Below, one piece after another: positions 48,533 through 58,510 of a stretch of DNA of 64,000 nt (positions are counted from its first letter, which is position 1; each line of letters opens with the position of its first letter). Location: NCBI GenBank assembly GCA_023230985.1, contig JALNWH010000001.1, positions 2,397-66,396 of the forward strand. Direction: 5' to 3'. Under the pieces are notes generated by a model. It made no database searches, was not told the origin of the DNA, and saw only the letters and a list, made by a program, of their open reading frames with translations. The DNA comes from Bacillota bacterium (GTDB lineage Bacteria; Bacillota; Clostridia; Lutisporales; Lutisporaceae). The translations under genes and the position numbers were made by a program.

Positions 48533-49028
48533 TTATATCCTCCTTTTCAAATTTTCTAACTATTATTTTCATACCTTCGCTTTCTATTATTTCAACTTTA
48601 GACCCTTTATCAATGAACTCACCTCGGGATTGGGCATTAATCCTCTTATCCTCTACAGTTATTATGCCGGCGGGTCTCAAAATAGTCTCGGCAATGCCAA
48701 CTTTACCTATATATGAATTATCAAATTCCAAACTTGTATAACCTTCTTCTCTTTTTTGTTCTGTATTTAAAACCAGAAATTTTAAGAATTTACTCCCATA
48801 TCCAAGTTTATAAAGCAGTACAATGGCGGATATAAATAGTACTAAGGTTATTATTACTAGTATCATTGCTTCATATATATTTGATGTAATAAGAGCAACA
48901 CTAATTACTACACATACTATACCGGCAATCCCGGGTATGCCAAAACCCGGAATAATTCCTTCTATCAATAAAAGCATCAATCCTATGATATATAAAAATA
49001 TACTTATTAAAGACCATTCACCAAACAT
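48525..49028 (-). CDS. NfeD-family membrane protein, short form (membrane part plus C-terminal OB-like domain)
   Basis: It has three hydrophobic helices followed by ...[49 protein letters not shown] lies 5 nt upstream of the ATG at 49028; the track start at 49037 is a GTG abutting the SD. Confidence 0.8.
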   Translation of the reverse strand: MFGEWSLISIFLYIIGLMLLLIEGIIPGFGIPGIAGIVCVVISVALITSNIYEAMILVIITLVLFISAIVLLYKLGYGSKFLKFLVLNTEQKREEGYTSLEFDNSYIGKVGIAETILRPAGIITVEDKRINAQSRGEFIDKGSKVEIIESEGMKIIVRKFEKEDINV

Positions 49029-49139
49029 TAATCCCACCCTTCCTTTAATTAATATACTGCAACCTATTTATAATTATATCATATAATATTTTAATTAAGT
49101 AAGAGTCTTTTTATGTAATTTATTATATTTAAAAGATAA

Positions 49140-49259
49140 GTCACTGTTCAACCTTAACTGTTTCTGATAATCAGCTTATTATATTTGCTACGGTTGCTGA
49201 GTTCAAAGGCAAGCAATCTACAGTAAAAATGTAAATATATACAACATGTGAACAGTAAC
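49140..49259. mobile_element. 120-bp MITE-like non-autonomous element, full-length copy B
   Basis: The left end is GTCACTGTTCA. The right end TGAACAGTAAC has reverse complement GTTACTGTTCA, matching 10 of 11. It is flanked by the identical 9-mer AAAAGATAA at 49131-49139 and 49260-49268. There is no ORF inside. The minus strand carries TTGAAC (49206-49201), a 17-nt spacer and TATAAT (49183-49178). Confidence 0.65.
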
Positions 49260-49310
49260 AAAAGATAAAGGGCATTTTAATTGCTTAAAAAACAATCAAA
49301 ACGCCCCTTT
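49257..49310 (-). terminator. Rho-independent terminator of the rpsU-yqeY unit
   Basis: A long hairpin spans 49267-49310 with about 16 pairs, one bulge and a 9-nt loop. Its two A:C mismatches on the plus strand become G:U pairs on the minus-strand RNA. ATCTTTTGTT follows on the minus strand. Confidence 0.65.
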
Positions 49311-49321
49311 TTTTTATTCAT

Positions 49322-49765
49322 CTAGCTTAAATGCTTTCTTACTAACTGATTGACTATCTTTCCGCCTGCCCTGCCCTTAACCTTTGGCATAAGTTCTTTC
49401 ATAACCTTGCCTATATCTTTAACGCTTTGCGCCCCTACTTCAAAAATAGTTTGCGCAACTATCTCATCTAATTCATTTTCATCTAATTGCTCCGGAAGAT
49501 AAGACATTAAAATCTCAATTTCTCTTTCCAAATTCTTTACCAAATCAGGTCTATTTCCTTTCTCAAAATCAGGAATAGAATCTTTTCTTTGTTTTGCAGC
49601 TTTTGCTATAACTTCAATAATATCTTCATCATCTAATTCTATTCTTTTATCTTTTTCTTGCTGCAAGATTGCAGCCCTGACCATGGTAATGACATTTTTT
49701 CTTATTGTGTCTTTTTCTTTCATTGCAGTTTTCATATCCTGCTGTAGAATCTGCTTGAAAGACAT
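49322..49765 (-). CDS. GatB/YqeY domain protein
   Basis: The protein reads MSFKQILQQDMKTAMKEKD...RKDSIPDFEKGNRPDLV...EIEILMSYLP. It lies directly downstream of rpsU, as in B. subtilis. Confidence 0.9.
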   Translation of the reverse strand: MSFKQILQQDMKTAMKEKDTIRKNVITMVRAAILQQEKDKRIELDDEDIIEVIAKAAKQRKDSIPDFEKGNRPDLVKNLEREIEILMSYLPEQLDENELDEIVAQTIFEVGAQSVKDIGKVMKELMPKVKGRAGGKIVNQLVRKHLS

Positions 49766-49779
49766 ATAATCAACTCTCT

Positions 49780-49956
49780 TTATTTAAATTTTCTCTTTCT
49801 AGCTGCTTCAGATTTCTTTTTCCTTTTAACACTAGGTTTTTCGTAGTGCTCTCTCTTTCTAACTTCAGCTAAAACACCTGCCCGTGCGCACTTCTTCTTA
49901 AAACGTCTTAATGCACTTTCTAAGGTTTCGTTTTCTCCAACACGAATCTCCGACAT
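49780..49956 (-). CDS. rpsU: 30S ribosomal protein S21
   Basis: This ORF falls below the track cutoff. My translation is [58 protein letters not shown] (58 aa). The SD is GGAGGGAGGGTG. Confidence 0.95.
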   Translation of the reverse strand: MSEIRVGENETLESALRRFKKKCARAGVLAEVRKREHYEKPSVKRKKKSEAARKRKFK

Positions 49957-50037
49957 CTAATACACCCTCCCTCCGCTGGTAACAATCATTGCGTAAACTT
50001 TACTGCGTTAAAGCGGGACAATTCAAACACATATTCC

Positions 50038-50067
50038 ATTATACAGTACATATCAGCAAGGTGTCAA
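50038..50067 (-). promoter_or_regulatory. Near-consensus sigma-A promoter for rpsU
   Basis: The minus strand reads TTGACA (50067-50062), an 18-nt spacer, then TATAAT (50043-50038), about 80 nt upstream of the rpsU ATG. Confidence 0.6.
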
Positions 50068-50090
50068 CAAAAGGTTTTAGCCTCAAGGCC

Positions 50091-50435
50091 TTAGCCCGGT
50101 GGCCACTGCAAGTGTCTACCGCCAAGCACATGAAAATGCACATGAGGTACTGTTTGTCCTCCGTCTTTGCCAATATTGTTAACTATTCTAAAACCTTTTT
50201 CATCAATGCCCATATCCTTTGCCAGTTTATTTATAACCTTTATAATATGATTTATCAAAAGATAATCCTCATTTTGAAAATCTATAATTGATTCTAAATG
50301 TTTTTTTGTAATCACAAGAAAATGTACAGGTGCTTCAGGATTTATATCGTTAAAAGCTAAAACTTTATCATCTTCATATACTTTGCTGCAGGGTATTTCC
50401 CCTTTTATAATTTTACAAAAAATACAATTGTCCAT
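50091..50435 (-). CDS. HIT-family (histidine triad) nucleotide hydrolase
   Basis: The N-terminus reads CIFCKII... and the triad reads QTVPHVHFHVLGG. Confidence 0.9.
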   Translation of the reverse strand: MDNCIFCKIIKGEIPCSKVYEDDKVLAFNDINPEAPVHFLVITKKHLESIIDFQNEDYLLINHIIKVINKLAKDMGIDEKGFRIVNNIGKDGGQTVPHVHFHVLGGRHLQWPPG

Positions 50436-50514
50436 TTAACTCACCTCCCTAACTCAGCTTATAAGCTTAATAAAGTATTCAACAATTATATGACAAAATC
50501 CTTTAAAGCTTTTA

Positions 50515-51819
50515 TTATTTTATTAGCTTCCCTAACATAAAATTATCTTTCCCTTCTACTAAACGTACATTAAGCAATTTTCCGCTGATGTCTTCATGGG
50601 AATTAGCTACGACTCTTATATAATTATGCGTTAGCCCTTCATAAAAGCCTTTTTTATTTTTTAATTCCTGTTCAAAAAGAATCGTTAAGTTTTTATTAAT
50701 AAATTTATTAATAAAATTCTTTTCATTTTTCTTGGCTACTTGATATACCTTTTTACTTCTTTCATCTTTAATTTTACTGCTAATTTGATTGGGATGTTTT
50801 GCAGCAGGTGTCTCCTTTCTAGGTGAATATTTAAATATATGCATGGAACTAAAAGATATTTCATCAATAAACTGTAATGTTTGCAAGAATTCTTCATCGG
50901 TTTCTCCGGGAAATCCCACAATGATATCAGTAGTTATTCCCACATCATCAAATTTACTCCTTAGGTTCTTTACTACGTCTCTATATTCTTCAACCGTATA
51001 TTTTCTATTCATTCTTTTAAGCGTTTCATTACATCCGCTTTGCAATGAAAGATGAAAATGCCTGCAAATCTTATTTAGTTTTGAAATCCTATTTATGAAA
51101 TCTTCCGTTAAAGTTTTCGGTTCTACAGAACTCATTCTAATTCTTTTTATACCGTCAATTTTATGCACCTTCTCTATCACATCAATTAATTCTATATTAT
51201 TTAAATCTTTTCCATAAGAACCTATATGAATACCTGTTAATATAACCTCCAAAAAATTATTCTTTGCCAGCTCTTCAACTTCTCTTAAAACACTATTAAT
51301 ACTTCTGCTTCTTATGGGGCCTCTTGCATAAGGAATAATGCAATAAGAACAATATTGGTTACACCCTTCTTGTATTTTTACAAATGCTCTTGTTCTTTTT
51401 TTATATTGGTTTATGCTCATTTCTTCAAATTCACGGATTTCCATAATATCATCTACGGCATTTGTCTGCAAATCTTTTTCTATCGCACTTTCCACCAGTT
51501 CTACAATCTTACTCCTATTATTTGTACCTAATACAAGTTTAACACCCTTGATATTTAAAACCTCTTTGGGAGCAATTTGTGAATAGCAGCCAACAACAGC
51601 AATAAAAGCATTTTTATTATATTCCAAAGCTCTCCTTATTATTTGACGTGATTTCCTATCTCCCATATTAGTAACTGTACAAGTATTTATTATATAAATA
51701 TTTGAATAACTATTATAATCAACTATTTCATACCCTTTTTTTTCAAAGGCTTCTATCATAGCCTCAGTTTCGTACTGATTTACTTTGCAACCCAGTGTAT
51801 AAAAAGCAACTTTCTCCAA
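50515..51819 (-). CDS. mtaB: tRNA methylthiotransferase MtaB (radical SAM, UPF0004 N-domain and TRAM C-domain)
   Basis: It reads FYTLGCKVNQYE and has the radical SAM cluster CNQYCSYC. It occupies the syntenic position of yqeV. Confidence 0.85.
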   Translation of the reverse strand: MEKVAFYTLGCKVNQYETEAMIEAFEKKGYEIVDYNSYSNIYIINTCTVTNMGDRKSRQIIRRALEYNKNAFIAVVGCYSQIAPKEVLNIKGVKLVLGTNNRSKIVELVESAIEKDLQTNAVDDIMEIREFEEMSINQYKKRTRAFVKIQEGCNQYCSYCIIPYARGPIRSRSINSVLREVEELAKNNFLEVILTGIHIGSYGKDLNNIELIDVIEKVHKIDGIKRIRMSSVEPKTLTEDFINRISKLNKICRHFHLSLQSGCNETLKRMNRKYTVEEYRDVVKNLRSKFDDVGITTDIIVGFPGETDEEFLQTLQFIDEISFSSMHIFKYSPRKETPAAKHPNQISSKIKDERSKKVYQVAKKNEKNFINKFINKNLTILFEQELKNKKGFYEGLTHNYIRVVANSHEDISGKLLNVRLVEGKDNFMLGKLIK

Positions 51820-51840
51820 TGTATTTCCTCCGGTTAATTA

Positions 51841-52578
51841 TCAAAATTGATTGTATTCATAGAGTATGCAGCTTAGTGTCATTAAAGCAGCAGTTTCGGT
51901 TCTTAGTATTCTTTTTCCCAAAGTCACAGTCTTTGCCTTATTGTCTATAGCCAGTTGCACTTCTTTATCTGCAAATCCGCCCTCCGGTCCTATAAAAATC
52001 CCTATATTTTTTGGTTTCTCATTACTTAGTATTTCTTTTAAGCTGGTGATTTTTTCTCCTTCATAGGGGATTAAAGTCAAATCTTTATTTAATGAATCTT
52101 TCACGGCATTTTCAAAAGACATGGGCATGCATATATTTGGAACCTTTCCTCTATTGCTTTGCTTGGCGGCCTCCGCTGCAACTTTTTGCCACCTGTTTAT
52201 TTTTCTTATTTCATCATTTTTAGATATCAGTTTAACAACTGTTCTTTCGCTTGCTATGGGTACTACCTTATTTGCCCCCAGTTCCGTGCATTTTTGTATA
52301 ACCAAATCCATCTTTGTTGATTTAGGCATACCTTGATAGATCGTTATATCCAAATCTATTTCTCCAACAGACTTTTCTATATTTAATATCTCAGTTATTA
52401 CTGAATTCTTATCAATATTTATTATTGAAACTGTATAATCTTTTCCTTCCCCATCACAAAGTACTGCCTTATCACCGGTTCTAAGCCTTAAAACATTAGC
52501 TATATGTCTGACATCCTCACCTTTTATAATTATTTTTTTGCCATTTATATTTTCCTTATTTATAAAAAATCTGTGCAT
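51841..52578 (-). CDS. rsmE: 16S rRNA (uracil1498-N3)-methyltransferase RsmE
   Basis: The N-terminus is MHRFFI... from the ATG at 52578. It also shows ...HIANVLRLRTGD... and IGPEGGF near the C-terminus. Confidence 0.9.
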   Translation of the reverse strand: MHRFFINKENINGKKIIIKGEDVRHIANVLRLRTGDKAVLCDGEGKDYTVSIINIDKNSVITEILNIEKSVGEIDLDITIYQGMPKSTKMDLVIQKCTELGANKVVPIASERTVVKLISKNDEIRKINRWQKVAAEAAKQSNRGKVPNICMPMSFENAVKDSLNKDLTLIPYEGEKITSLKEILSNEKPKNIGIFIGPEGGFADKEVQLAIDNKAKTVTLGKRILRTETAALMTLSCILYEYNQF

Positions 52579-52579
52579 A

Positions 52580-53500
52580 TTATTCCTTCTCTCCAACAAT
52601 GGCGCACCATTCTCCCATTTCCAGCACTTCTTTTATCTTAAAATTATCATTTATTAATTGACTTATTACGTCTTTCTTCCTATCAATTATAATACCTGAT
52701 GAAATAAATAACCCGCCGGAATTTATTAACCTATAAGCTTTATCCGACAAATCTATTATAACATCAGCTATAATATTTGAGATTATTAAATCCACTTTTA
52801 CCGTTAAACCGTCAAGCAAATTACCTTTCACAACTTTAATCTTGTTTTCCATCTTATTTAAAACTACATTATCTGCAGCAACTTTACATGCATTCTCATC
52901 AAAATCAATACATGTAACTACATCCGCTCCAAGTTTAGCTGCTGCTATACCAAGAATACCGGAGCCGCACCCTATATCAATAACAGTGTCCCTAGTTTTT
53001 ATATGTTTTTCTAATAATTCTAAACACATGGAAGTTGTCTCATGACTACCTGTACCAAAGGCCATTCCGGGATCTATTTCTATTATTATATCATTTTCAA
53101 CTATTTTATAGTCTTCCCAAGTCGGTTTTATAACGATTTTTTTACCGACTTTAAAAGGTTTGAAGTATTTTTTCCATGCATTTGCCCAATCTTCCTCATT
53201 AACTTGATTTATTATAACTTGACCTTTACCTATATCCAATCCAAAATTCTTTAAACCTTGGATACTTTTCTCTATTTTATCGGAATAATTATAAAAATAG
53301 CCCTTAACTTTTACATCAGTACCTAACGAAGCAGCCAAAGTCGGTTCACTATAGTCCCAGCTGTGTTTATCTTTATTCAACATTAAAAAGTCATTTAAAT
53401 CAATCGTTGCTATACCAACAGCACCTTCACGTTCCAATATATAAGCCACTGCATCACTTGCCTCGGTAGTTGTCAAAACAGTATATTCTATGTATTTCAT
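52580..53500 (-). CDS. prmA: Ribosomal protein L11 methyltransferase PrmA
   Basis: The protein starts MKYIEY at the ATG at 53500, with AAGGGGAAA upstream. The SAM motif is VIDIGCGSGILGIAAAKLGA. Confidence 0.9.
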   Translation of the reverse strand: MKYIEYTVLTTTEASDAVAYILEREGAVGIATIDLNDFLMLNKDKHSWDYSEPTLAASLGTDVKVKGYFYNYSDKIEKSIQGLKNFGLDIGKGQVIINQVNEEDWANAWKKYFKPFKVGKKIVIKPTWEDYKIVENDIIIEIDPGMAFGTGSHETTSMCLELLEKHIKTRDTVIDIGCGSGILGIAAAKLGADVVTCIDFDENACKVAADNVVLNKMENKIKVVKGNLLDGLTVKVDLIISNIIADVIIDLSDKAYRLINSGGLFISSGIIIDRKKDVISQLINDNFKIKEVLEMGEWCAIVGEKE

Positions 53501-53556
53501 GGATTTTCCCCTTTGCACATTATTTATATGACGGATAAACTCTGCTATATGCAAAC

Positions 53557-53582
53557 AAAAAGCAGCTTCGTTGCTGCTTTTT
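53557..53582 (-). terminator. Rho-independent terminator directly after dnaJ
   Basis: A 10-bp stem AAAAAGCAGC/GCTGCTTTTT closes a 6-nt loop. It overlaps the dnaJ stop codon. Confidence 0.65.
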
Positions 53583-54741
53583 ATTTTCCAAATGCATCTT
53601 TTACTTTTCCAAAAAACGATTTATCCGTTTCATTATAACTATCGCCCATTGTATCAGCATAATTCTTTAATGCTTCTTTTTGCTTTTCATCAAGCCTTTT
53701 GGGAACCTGAATTTTTACAGTAAAATAAAGGTCACCTCTATATCTGCCTTTTAAACTCTGAATTCCTTTACCTTTAATCTTAAAGGTTGAGCCCGTCTCA
53801 GTGCCTGCATCAATATTGAATTTTACACTTTCCTCCAAAGTAGGTACTTTAATTGTACCGCCTAATGTAGCTGTTACAAAACTGATAGGAACTTCACAAT
53901 GCAAATCTATACCATCTCTTTTAAATGTTTTGTGCGGTCTTACTCTAATATAGATAAATAAGTCTCCTCCGGAGCCTCCCCTGAGACCGGGTTCTCCTTC
54001 TCCCCTTAATGTTAGAATAGATCCGCTATCCACACCGGCAGGAATCTCAACAGTAATCTTTCTGTTTTTTCTTAAAACTCCCTTACCCCCGCATGTTGTA
54101 CAAGGATTCTTGATAACATTACCTTCACCACGACAAGCATCACAAACGCTTACATTGACTATTCTGCCGAAAACACTGTTTTGAATATTTCTTATTTCAC
54201 CGGTCCCACCGCATTTTTTACATGTTTCCACACCGCTTCCCGGTGCTGCACCGGTACCCTTACAAGTCTGGCAAGCTTCATTTCTATTTATTCTAATATC
54301 TTTCTTTGCTCCGAAAGCAGCTTCTTCGAAGTTAATTTCTATGTCATATCTAAGGTCATTGCCTCTTTGGGGCCCTGTATTCCTTGTTCTCCTTGAAGAT
54401 GTGGAAAAACCGAAACCTCCTTCACCGAAGAATGTTTCAAATATATCCCCCATGCTGCCAAAACCACCGCCAAAGCCGCTGAAATCTCCAAAACCTCCGC
54501 CTCCAAAGCTATTAGGGTCAAAAGCTGCATGACCAAATTGATCATACTTTGCTTTCTTATCTTTATCACCAAGAATTTCATATGCTTCATTTACTTCTTT
54601 AAATTTGCTTTCAGCAACTTTGTCCCCTGAATTCATATCCGGGTGATATTTCTTTGCAAGCTTCCTGAAAGCTCTTTTTATCTCCTCTTCGGAAGCTGAT
54701 TTATCTACACCTAAAACTTCATAATAATCTTTTTTTGCCAT
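53581..54741 (-). CDS. dnaJ: Molecular chaperone DnaJ
   Basis: It has a J domain with HPD, a G/F-rich linker and four CxxCxGxG zinc motifs. Confidence 0.95.
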   Translation of the reverse strand: MAKKDYYEVLGVDKSASEEEIKRAFRKLAKKYHPDMNSGDKVAESKFKEVNEAYEILGDKDKKAKYDQFGHAAFDPNSFGGGGFGDFSGFGGGFGSMGDIFETFFGEGGFGFSTSSRRTRNTGPQRGNDLRYDIEINFEEAAFGAKKDIRINRNEACQTCKGTGAAPGSGVETCKKCGGTGEIRNIQNSVFGRIVNVSVCDACRGEGNVIKNPCTTCGGKGVLRKNRKITVEIPAGVDSGSILTLRGEGEPGLRGGSGGDLFIYIRVRPHKTFKRDGIDLHCEVPISFVTATLGGTIKVPTLEESVKFNIDAGTETGSTFKIKGKGIQSLKGRYRGDLYFTVKIQVPKRLDEKQKEALKNYADTMGDSYNETDKSFFGKVKDAFGK

Positions 54742-54859
54742 CTACTCACCACCAGCCTAAAACCAAAATCTATCATTGAACTACGAGCCTAATATTGCAA
54801 GTTGCATAGGATGCTTCTTACAAAATCTTATAATATCATATTATCGTTTGTCTTACAAT

Positions 54860-54878
54860 GGGCGACCATAGGCCGCCC
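54860..54878 (-). other. GC-rich stem-loop in the dnaK-dnaJ spacer, flanked by 8-bp direct repeats
   Basis: The minus-strand RNA reads GGGCGGCC-UAU-GGUCGCCC, giving 8 pairs including one G:U. The plus strand has an A:C mismatch instead. CTTACAAT occurs at 54852-54859 and again at 54878-54885. Confidence 0.5.
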
Positions 54879-54887
54879 TTACAATTC

Positions 54888-56714
54888 TTATTTATCTTCA
54901 TCAACCTTATAATCTGCATTTATTGTTCCGTCATCATTCTGATCTTTGGCAAAATCCTGAGCGCCGGGTGCACCTTCGCCACCTTGTGCCTGATAGATTT
55001 TAGAAGATATTTCATAAAATACTTTTGATAAATCTTCCGTTGCAGATTTTATGTTTTCATTATCACTGCCTTTTAATGCTTCCTTTAAGTGATTTAATTC
55101 TCCCTCAATTTTCGCTTTGTCCTCTGAACTTAATTTGTCATCTAAATCTTTTAAAGTTTTCTCTGTCTGATACACCAAACTGTCAGCCTGATTTCTTATT
55201 TCGACCTCTTCTTTTTTATTTTTATCTTCTTGTTCATGTTTTTCTGCTTCTTTCACTGCTTTATCTATATCTTCTTTAGAAAGGTTGGAGCTGGCTGTTA
55301 TAGTAATATTTTGTTCATTGCCTGTTCCCAAATCTTTTGCAGATACTTGCACAATCCCGTTAGCATCTATATCAAAAGTTACTTCAATCTGGGGAACTCC
55401 TCTAGGAGCAGGAGGTATATTAGTCAATTGGAATCTTCCTAAAGTCTTATTATATGCAGCCATTTCTCTTTCTCCTTGCAATACGTGTATTTCTACACTT
55501 GTTTGCCCATCCGCTGCTGTTGAAAAAGTCTGGCTCTTTTTTGTGGGTATAGTGGTGTTTCTATCAATAAGTTTGGTAAATACACCGCCTAAAGTTTCTA
55601 TACCAAGTGTTAAAGGAGTAACATCCAATAACAGCACATCCTTGACTTCTCCGCCCAAAACTCCCGCCTGATACGCCGCACCTAAAGCTACACACTCATC
55701 CGGATTTATACCTTTAAAAGGCTCTTTGCCCGTCAGCTTTTTAACAGCCTCTTGCACGGCAGGTATTCTTGTAGAACCCCCTACCAAAATTATTTTGTCT
55801 AGTTTGTCTGCAGATAGACCTGCATCGTTTAGTGCCTTTTTTGCAGGTTCCATCGTAGCCTCAACTAAATCATGAGTCAGTTCATCGAACTTTGATCTGG
55901 TAATTGTTACATCTAAATGTTTAGGTCCTGTTGCGTCAGCTGTAATAAAAGGTAGATTTATATTTGTTTGCAAAACTCCTGATAACTCTATTTTCGCTTT
56001 TTCAGCTGCTTCTTTAAGCCTTTGTGCTGCCATTTTATCATTAGTTAAATCTATACCTTGATCTCTTTTAAACTCTTCAATCATATATTTTATAACTCTT
56101 TCATCGAAGTCGTCACCGCCAAGTCTATTATTACCACTGGTAGCTAATACCTCAACTACATCATCACCTAATTCTAGAATAGAAACATCAAAAGTACCAC
56201 CGCCTAAATCGAACACTAGAATATTATGATTGTCATCCTTATCCAATCCATAAGACAAAGCTGCGGCTGTAGGCTCATTAATAATTCTAAGTACTTCAAG
56301 GCCAGCGATTTTTCCTGCATCCTTGGTTGCTTGTCTTTGGCTATCGCTAAAATATGCCGGAACAGTTATAACGGCTTGAGTAACCTTTTCACCCAAATAA
56401 GCTTCAGCATCTTGCTTTAACTTGGAAAGTATAACCGCTGAAATTTCCGGCGGAGTATAGGACTTATCATCAATTTTTACTTTGAAATTTGAACCCATCT
56501 CTCTCTTTATAGATAATACTGTTCTATCCGGGTTTGTAATGGCTTGTCTTTTTGCAATCTGACCTACAAGCCTCTCTCCGGTTTTTGAAAATCCTACAAT
56601 TGACGGTGTAGTTCTATTACCTTCTGCATTCGGTATTATAATAGGCTCTCCGCCTTCCATGACTGCTACACAAGAATTTGTAGTTCCTAAATCGATACCT
56701 ATTACTTTTGCCAT
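54888..56714 (-). CDS. dnaK: Molecular chaperone DnaK (Hsp70)
   Basis: The motifs [10 protein letters not shown] and DLGGGTFD are present, with full-length Hsp70 architecture. Confidence 0.98.
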   Translation of the reverse strand: MAKVIGIDLGTTNSCVAVMEGGEPIIIPNAEGNRTTPSIVGFSKTGERLVGQIAKRQAITNPDRTVLSIKREMGSNFKVKIDDKSYTPPEISAVILSKLKQDAEAYLGEKVTQAVITVPAYFSDSQRQATKDAGKIAGLEVLRIINEPTAAALSYGLDKDDNHNILVFDLGGGTFDVSILELGDDVVEVLATSGNNRLGGDDFDERVIKYMIEEFKRDQGIDLTNDKMAAQRLKEAAEKAKIELSGVLQTNINLPFITADATGPKHLDVTITRSKFDELTHDLVEATMEPAKKALNDAGLSADKLDKIILVGGSTRIPAVQEAVKKLTGKEPFKGINPDECVALGAAYQAGVLGGEVKDVLLLDVTPLTLGIETLGGVFTKLIDRNTTIPTKKSQTFSTAADGQTSVEIHVLQGEREMAAYNKTLGRFQLTNIPPAPRGVPQIEVTFDIDANGIVQVSAKDLGTGNEQNITITASSNLSKEDIDKAVKEAEKHEQEDKNKKEEVEIRNQADSLVYQTEKTLKDLDDKLSSEDKAKIEGELNHLKEALKGSDNENIKSATEDLSKVFYEISSKIYQAQGGEGAPGAQDFAKDQNDDGTINADYKVDEDK

Positions 56715-56746
56715 GTTATTTTTCCTCCTCTAATATAAAATTATTT

Positions 56747-57331
56747 TCAATTTTTAACCGCCACTTTTACCATGCACGGTCTTATTACCTTTGAATTTAA
56801 CATATACCCTTTTTGAAAAACTTCCTTTATAACGTTGTCATCTTTCTCCGTTTCTTCTTGCATAACCGCATGATGATAATTCGGATCAAATTCACAATTT
56901 ACTGCATCTATTTCAGTAAGCCCATTTTTATTTAAAATATCTAAAAAGATATTATATACCATTTCAAGACCTTCTATATATTTCTTATCCAAATCCCCTG
57001 CTTTAAACGAGCTGATAGCTCTATCGAAATTGTCTATAACCGGCAGGAGTTGAAACATCATATCTTCTAAACAGAATAATCGAAAGTCTTCCTTTTCTTT
57101 TACAATTCTTTTACGATAGTTTTCAAAATCTGCCTGTAGCCTAAGAAATTTATCTAAGCTTTCTTCAAGTTTTTGTTCATAATTTTTTATTAATTCCTTA
57201 ATATTGTCGCCGAAATCCTCTGCTAATGTTTCTTTTTGCGTCAATTCTTCCTCTAAATCTTTTACCTCCTCATCAACAATATTCTGCTTGCTGTTATTCA
57301 ACTTTTCATTAACCTTTGTTTCTTTTTCCAC
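56747..57331 (-). CDS. grpE: Nucleotide exchange factor GrpE
   Basis: It has a coiled-coil N-terminus, ...RLQADFENYRKR... and a C-terminal beta domain. It lies between hrcA and dnaK. Confidence 0.95.
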   Translation of the reverse strand: MEKETKVNEKLNNSKQNIVDEEVKDLEEELTQKETLAEDFGDNIKELIKNYEQKLEESLDKFLRLQADFENYRKRIVKEKEDFRLFCLEDMMFQLLPVIDNFDRAISSFKAGDLDKKYIEGLEMVYNIFLDILNKNGLTEIDAVNCEFDPNYHHAVMQEETEKDDNVIKEVFQKGYMLNSKVIRPCMVKVAVKN

Positions 57332-57373
57332 TGTTATCCCACCTATTCTTATATGCTTTATAATATAAAAAAA

Positions 57374-58408
57374 CTAAGTCTTTAATACTTTTGATAAAAT
57401 ATCATTTAAATTCTCTGTCAAACAATCTACTAAAGAAATAACCCTTGAATATTCCATCCTTGTCGGACCTACCACCCCGATTGAACCTATAACCTTACCG
57501 TTGAAACTATAAGTAGCAGTAATCAAACTGCAATTTTTTAGCTGAGTAATTTTGTTTTCCTTACCTATAGTCACGGATAAGTCTTCTGATTTATCTTCTA
57601 ATACTTCGAATAGTAAGTCATGCTCATCCAATACATTCAAAAATTCCCTTGCTTTTTGAATATCACTGTATTCAGGTAAATCAAGGAGATTGGCAGCACC
57701 TTCATGATAAACCTCGATTTTATCGGAATATTTTAAAGCTTGAAAGAGTTCCGGTAAAACCTTTATCAATAATTCATTGTATCCATTAACTTCACTGGTT
57801 AAGTTGGAAATATCCAAATCATTTAACTTATCTAAAGACAGCCCGGTCAATTTATCATTTAACATATTCGATATTTTATCCAAAGTACGGATATCGAGGC
57901 TTTCTTCCATCCTTATAACACTGTTTTTAACAATTCCCACATCAGTAACAATAACGGAAAGCACATTAAAATTATCAATACCTATTAATTGTATATGCTT
58001 TAATCTTGTTTTCCCATATTGTGGTGCCATTGCTATGGATGCATATTTAGTCATATTGGAAAGAAGCTTAGATGCATGTTTGATTAAATCGTCTATCTCA
58101 CCTAGAGTCTCCATAAATTCTTTTTTTATATATTCAATTTTCTTAGCATTTAAAATATTTTGATTCATTATTGAATCTACATATAAACGATACCCTTTAT
58201 CAGAAGGAATTCTACCTGCAGAAGTATACGGCTGTTCAATATAACCCATTTCCTCCAAATCCGCCATCTCATTTCTAATAGTAGCCGAGCTTACACTTGT
58301 TAAATACTTTTTTGAAATAGTGCGGGAACCAACAGGTTCTGCAGTATTTATATAATCCTCGATTATTGCTTGTAAAATCAGTCTCTTCCTGCTATTTAGG
58401 GACATCAT
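57374..58408 (-). CDS. hrcA: Heat-inducible transcription repressor HrcA
   Basis: The protein reads MMSLNSRKRLILQAIIEDYINTAEPVGSRTISKK.... The start is moved to the ATG at 58408 because the track start at 58429 lies inside the CIRCE operator. Confidence 0.9.
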   Translation of the reverse strand: MMSLNSRKRLILQAIIEDYINTAEPVGSRTISKKYLTSVSSATIRNEMADLEEMGYIEQPYTSAGRIPSDKGYRLYVDSIMNQNILNAKKIEYIKKEFMETLGEIDDLIKHASKLLSNMTKYASIAMAPQYGKTRLKHIQLIGIDNFNVLSVIVTDVGIVKNSVIRMEESLDIRTLDKISNMLNDKLTGLSLDKLNDLDISNLTSEVNGYNELLIKVLPELFQALKYSDKIEVYHEGAANLLDLPEYSDIQKAREFLNVLDEHDLLFEVLEDKSEDLSVTIGKENKITQLKNCSLITATYSFNGKVIGSIGVVGPTRMEYSRVISLVDCLTENLNDILSKVLKT

Positions 58409-58422
58409 TAACACCGCCTTTG

Positions 58423-58449
58423 TTAGCACTCACACTCATAGAGTGCTAA
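58423..58449 (-). promoter_or_regulatory. CIRCE operator (HrcA binding site)
   Basis: TTAGCACTC-ACACTCATA-GAGTGCTAA is a perfect match to the TTAGCACTC-N9-GAGTGCTAA consensus. It sits 15 nt upstream of the hrcA start. Confidence 0.95.
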
Positions 58450-58510
58450 TTCTGATATTATAATATCACTGCTTCAATTTTTTGTCTATAGTTATATGCA
58501 TTTTTTTTTA

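Noticed and set aside
49053-49072. ACTGCAACCTATTTATA, just upstream of nfeD, resembles the right end plus flank of repeat copy A (ACTGCAACCCTATTATA).
   Set aside because: The match is only about 17 nt in AT-rich DNA with no adjoining repeat sequence. It could be a solo end remnant, but that cannot be distinguished from chance here.
58409-58429. A longer hrcA reading frame starting at 58429.
   Set aside because: It would start inside the CIRCE operator. The ATG at 58408, with AAGGCGG upstream, gives the usual HrcA N-terminus.
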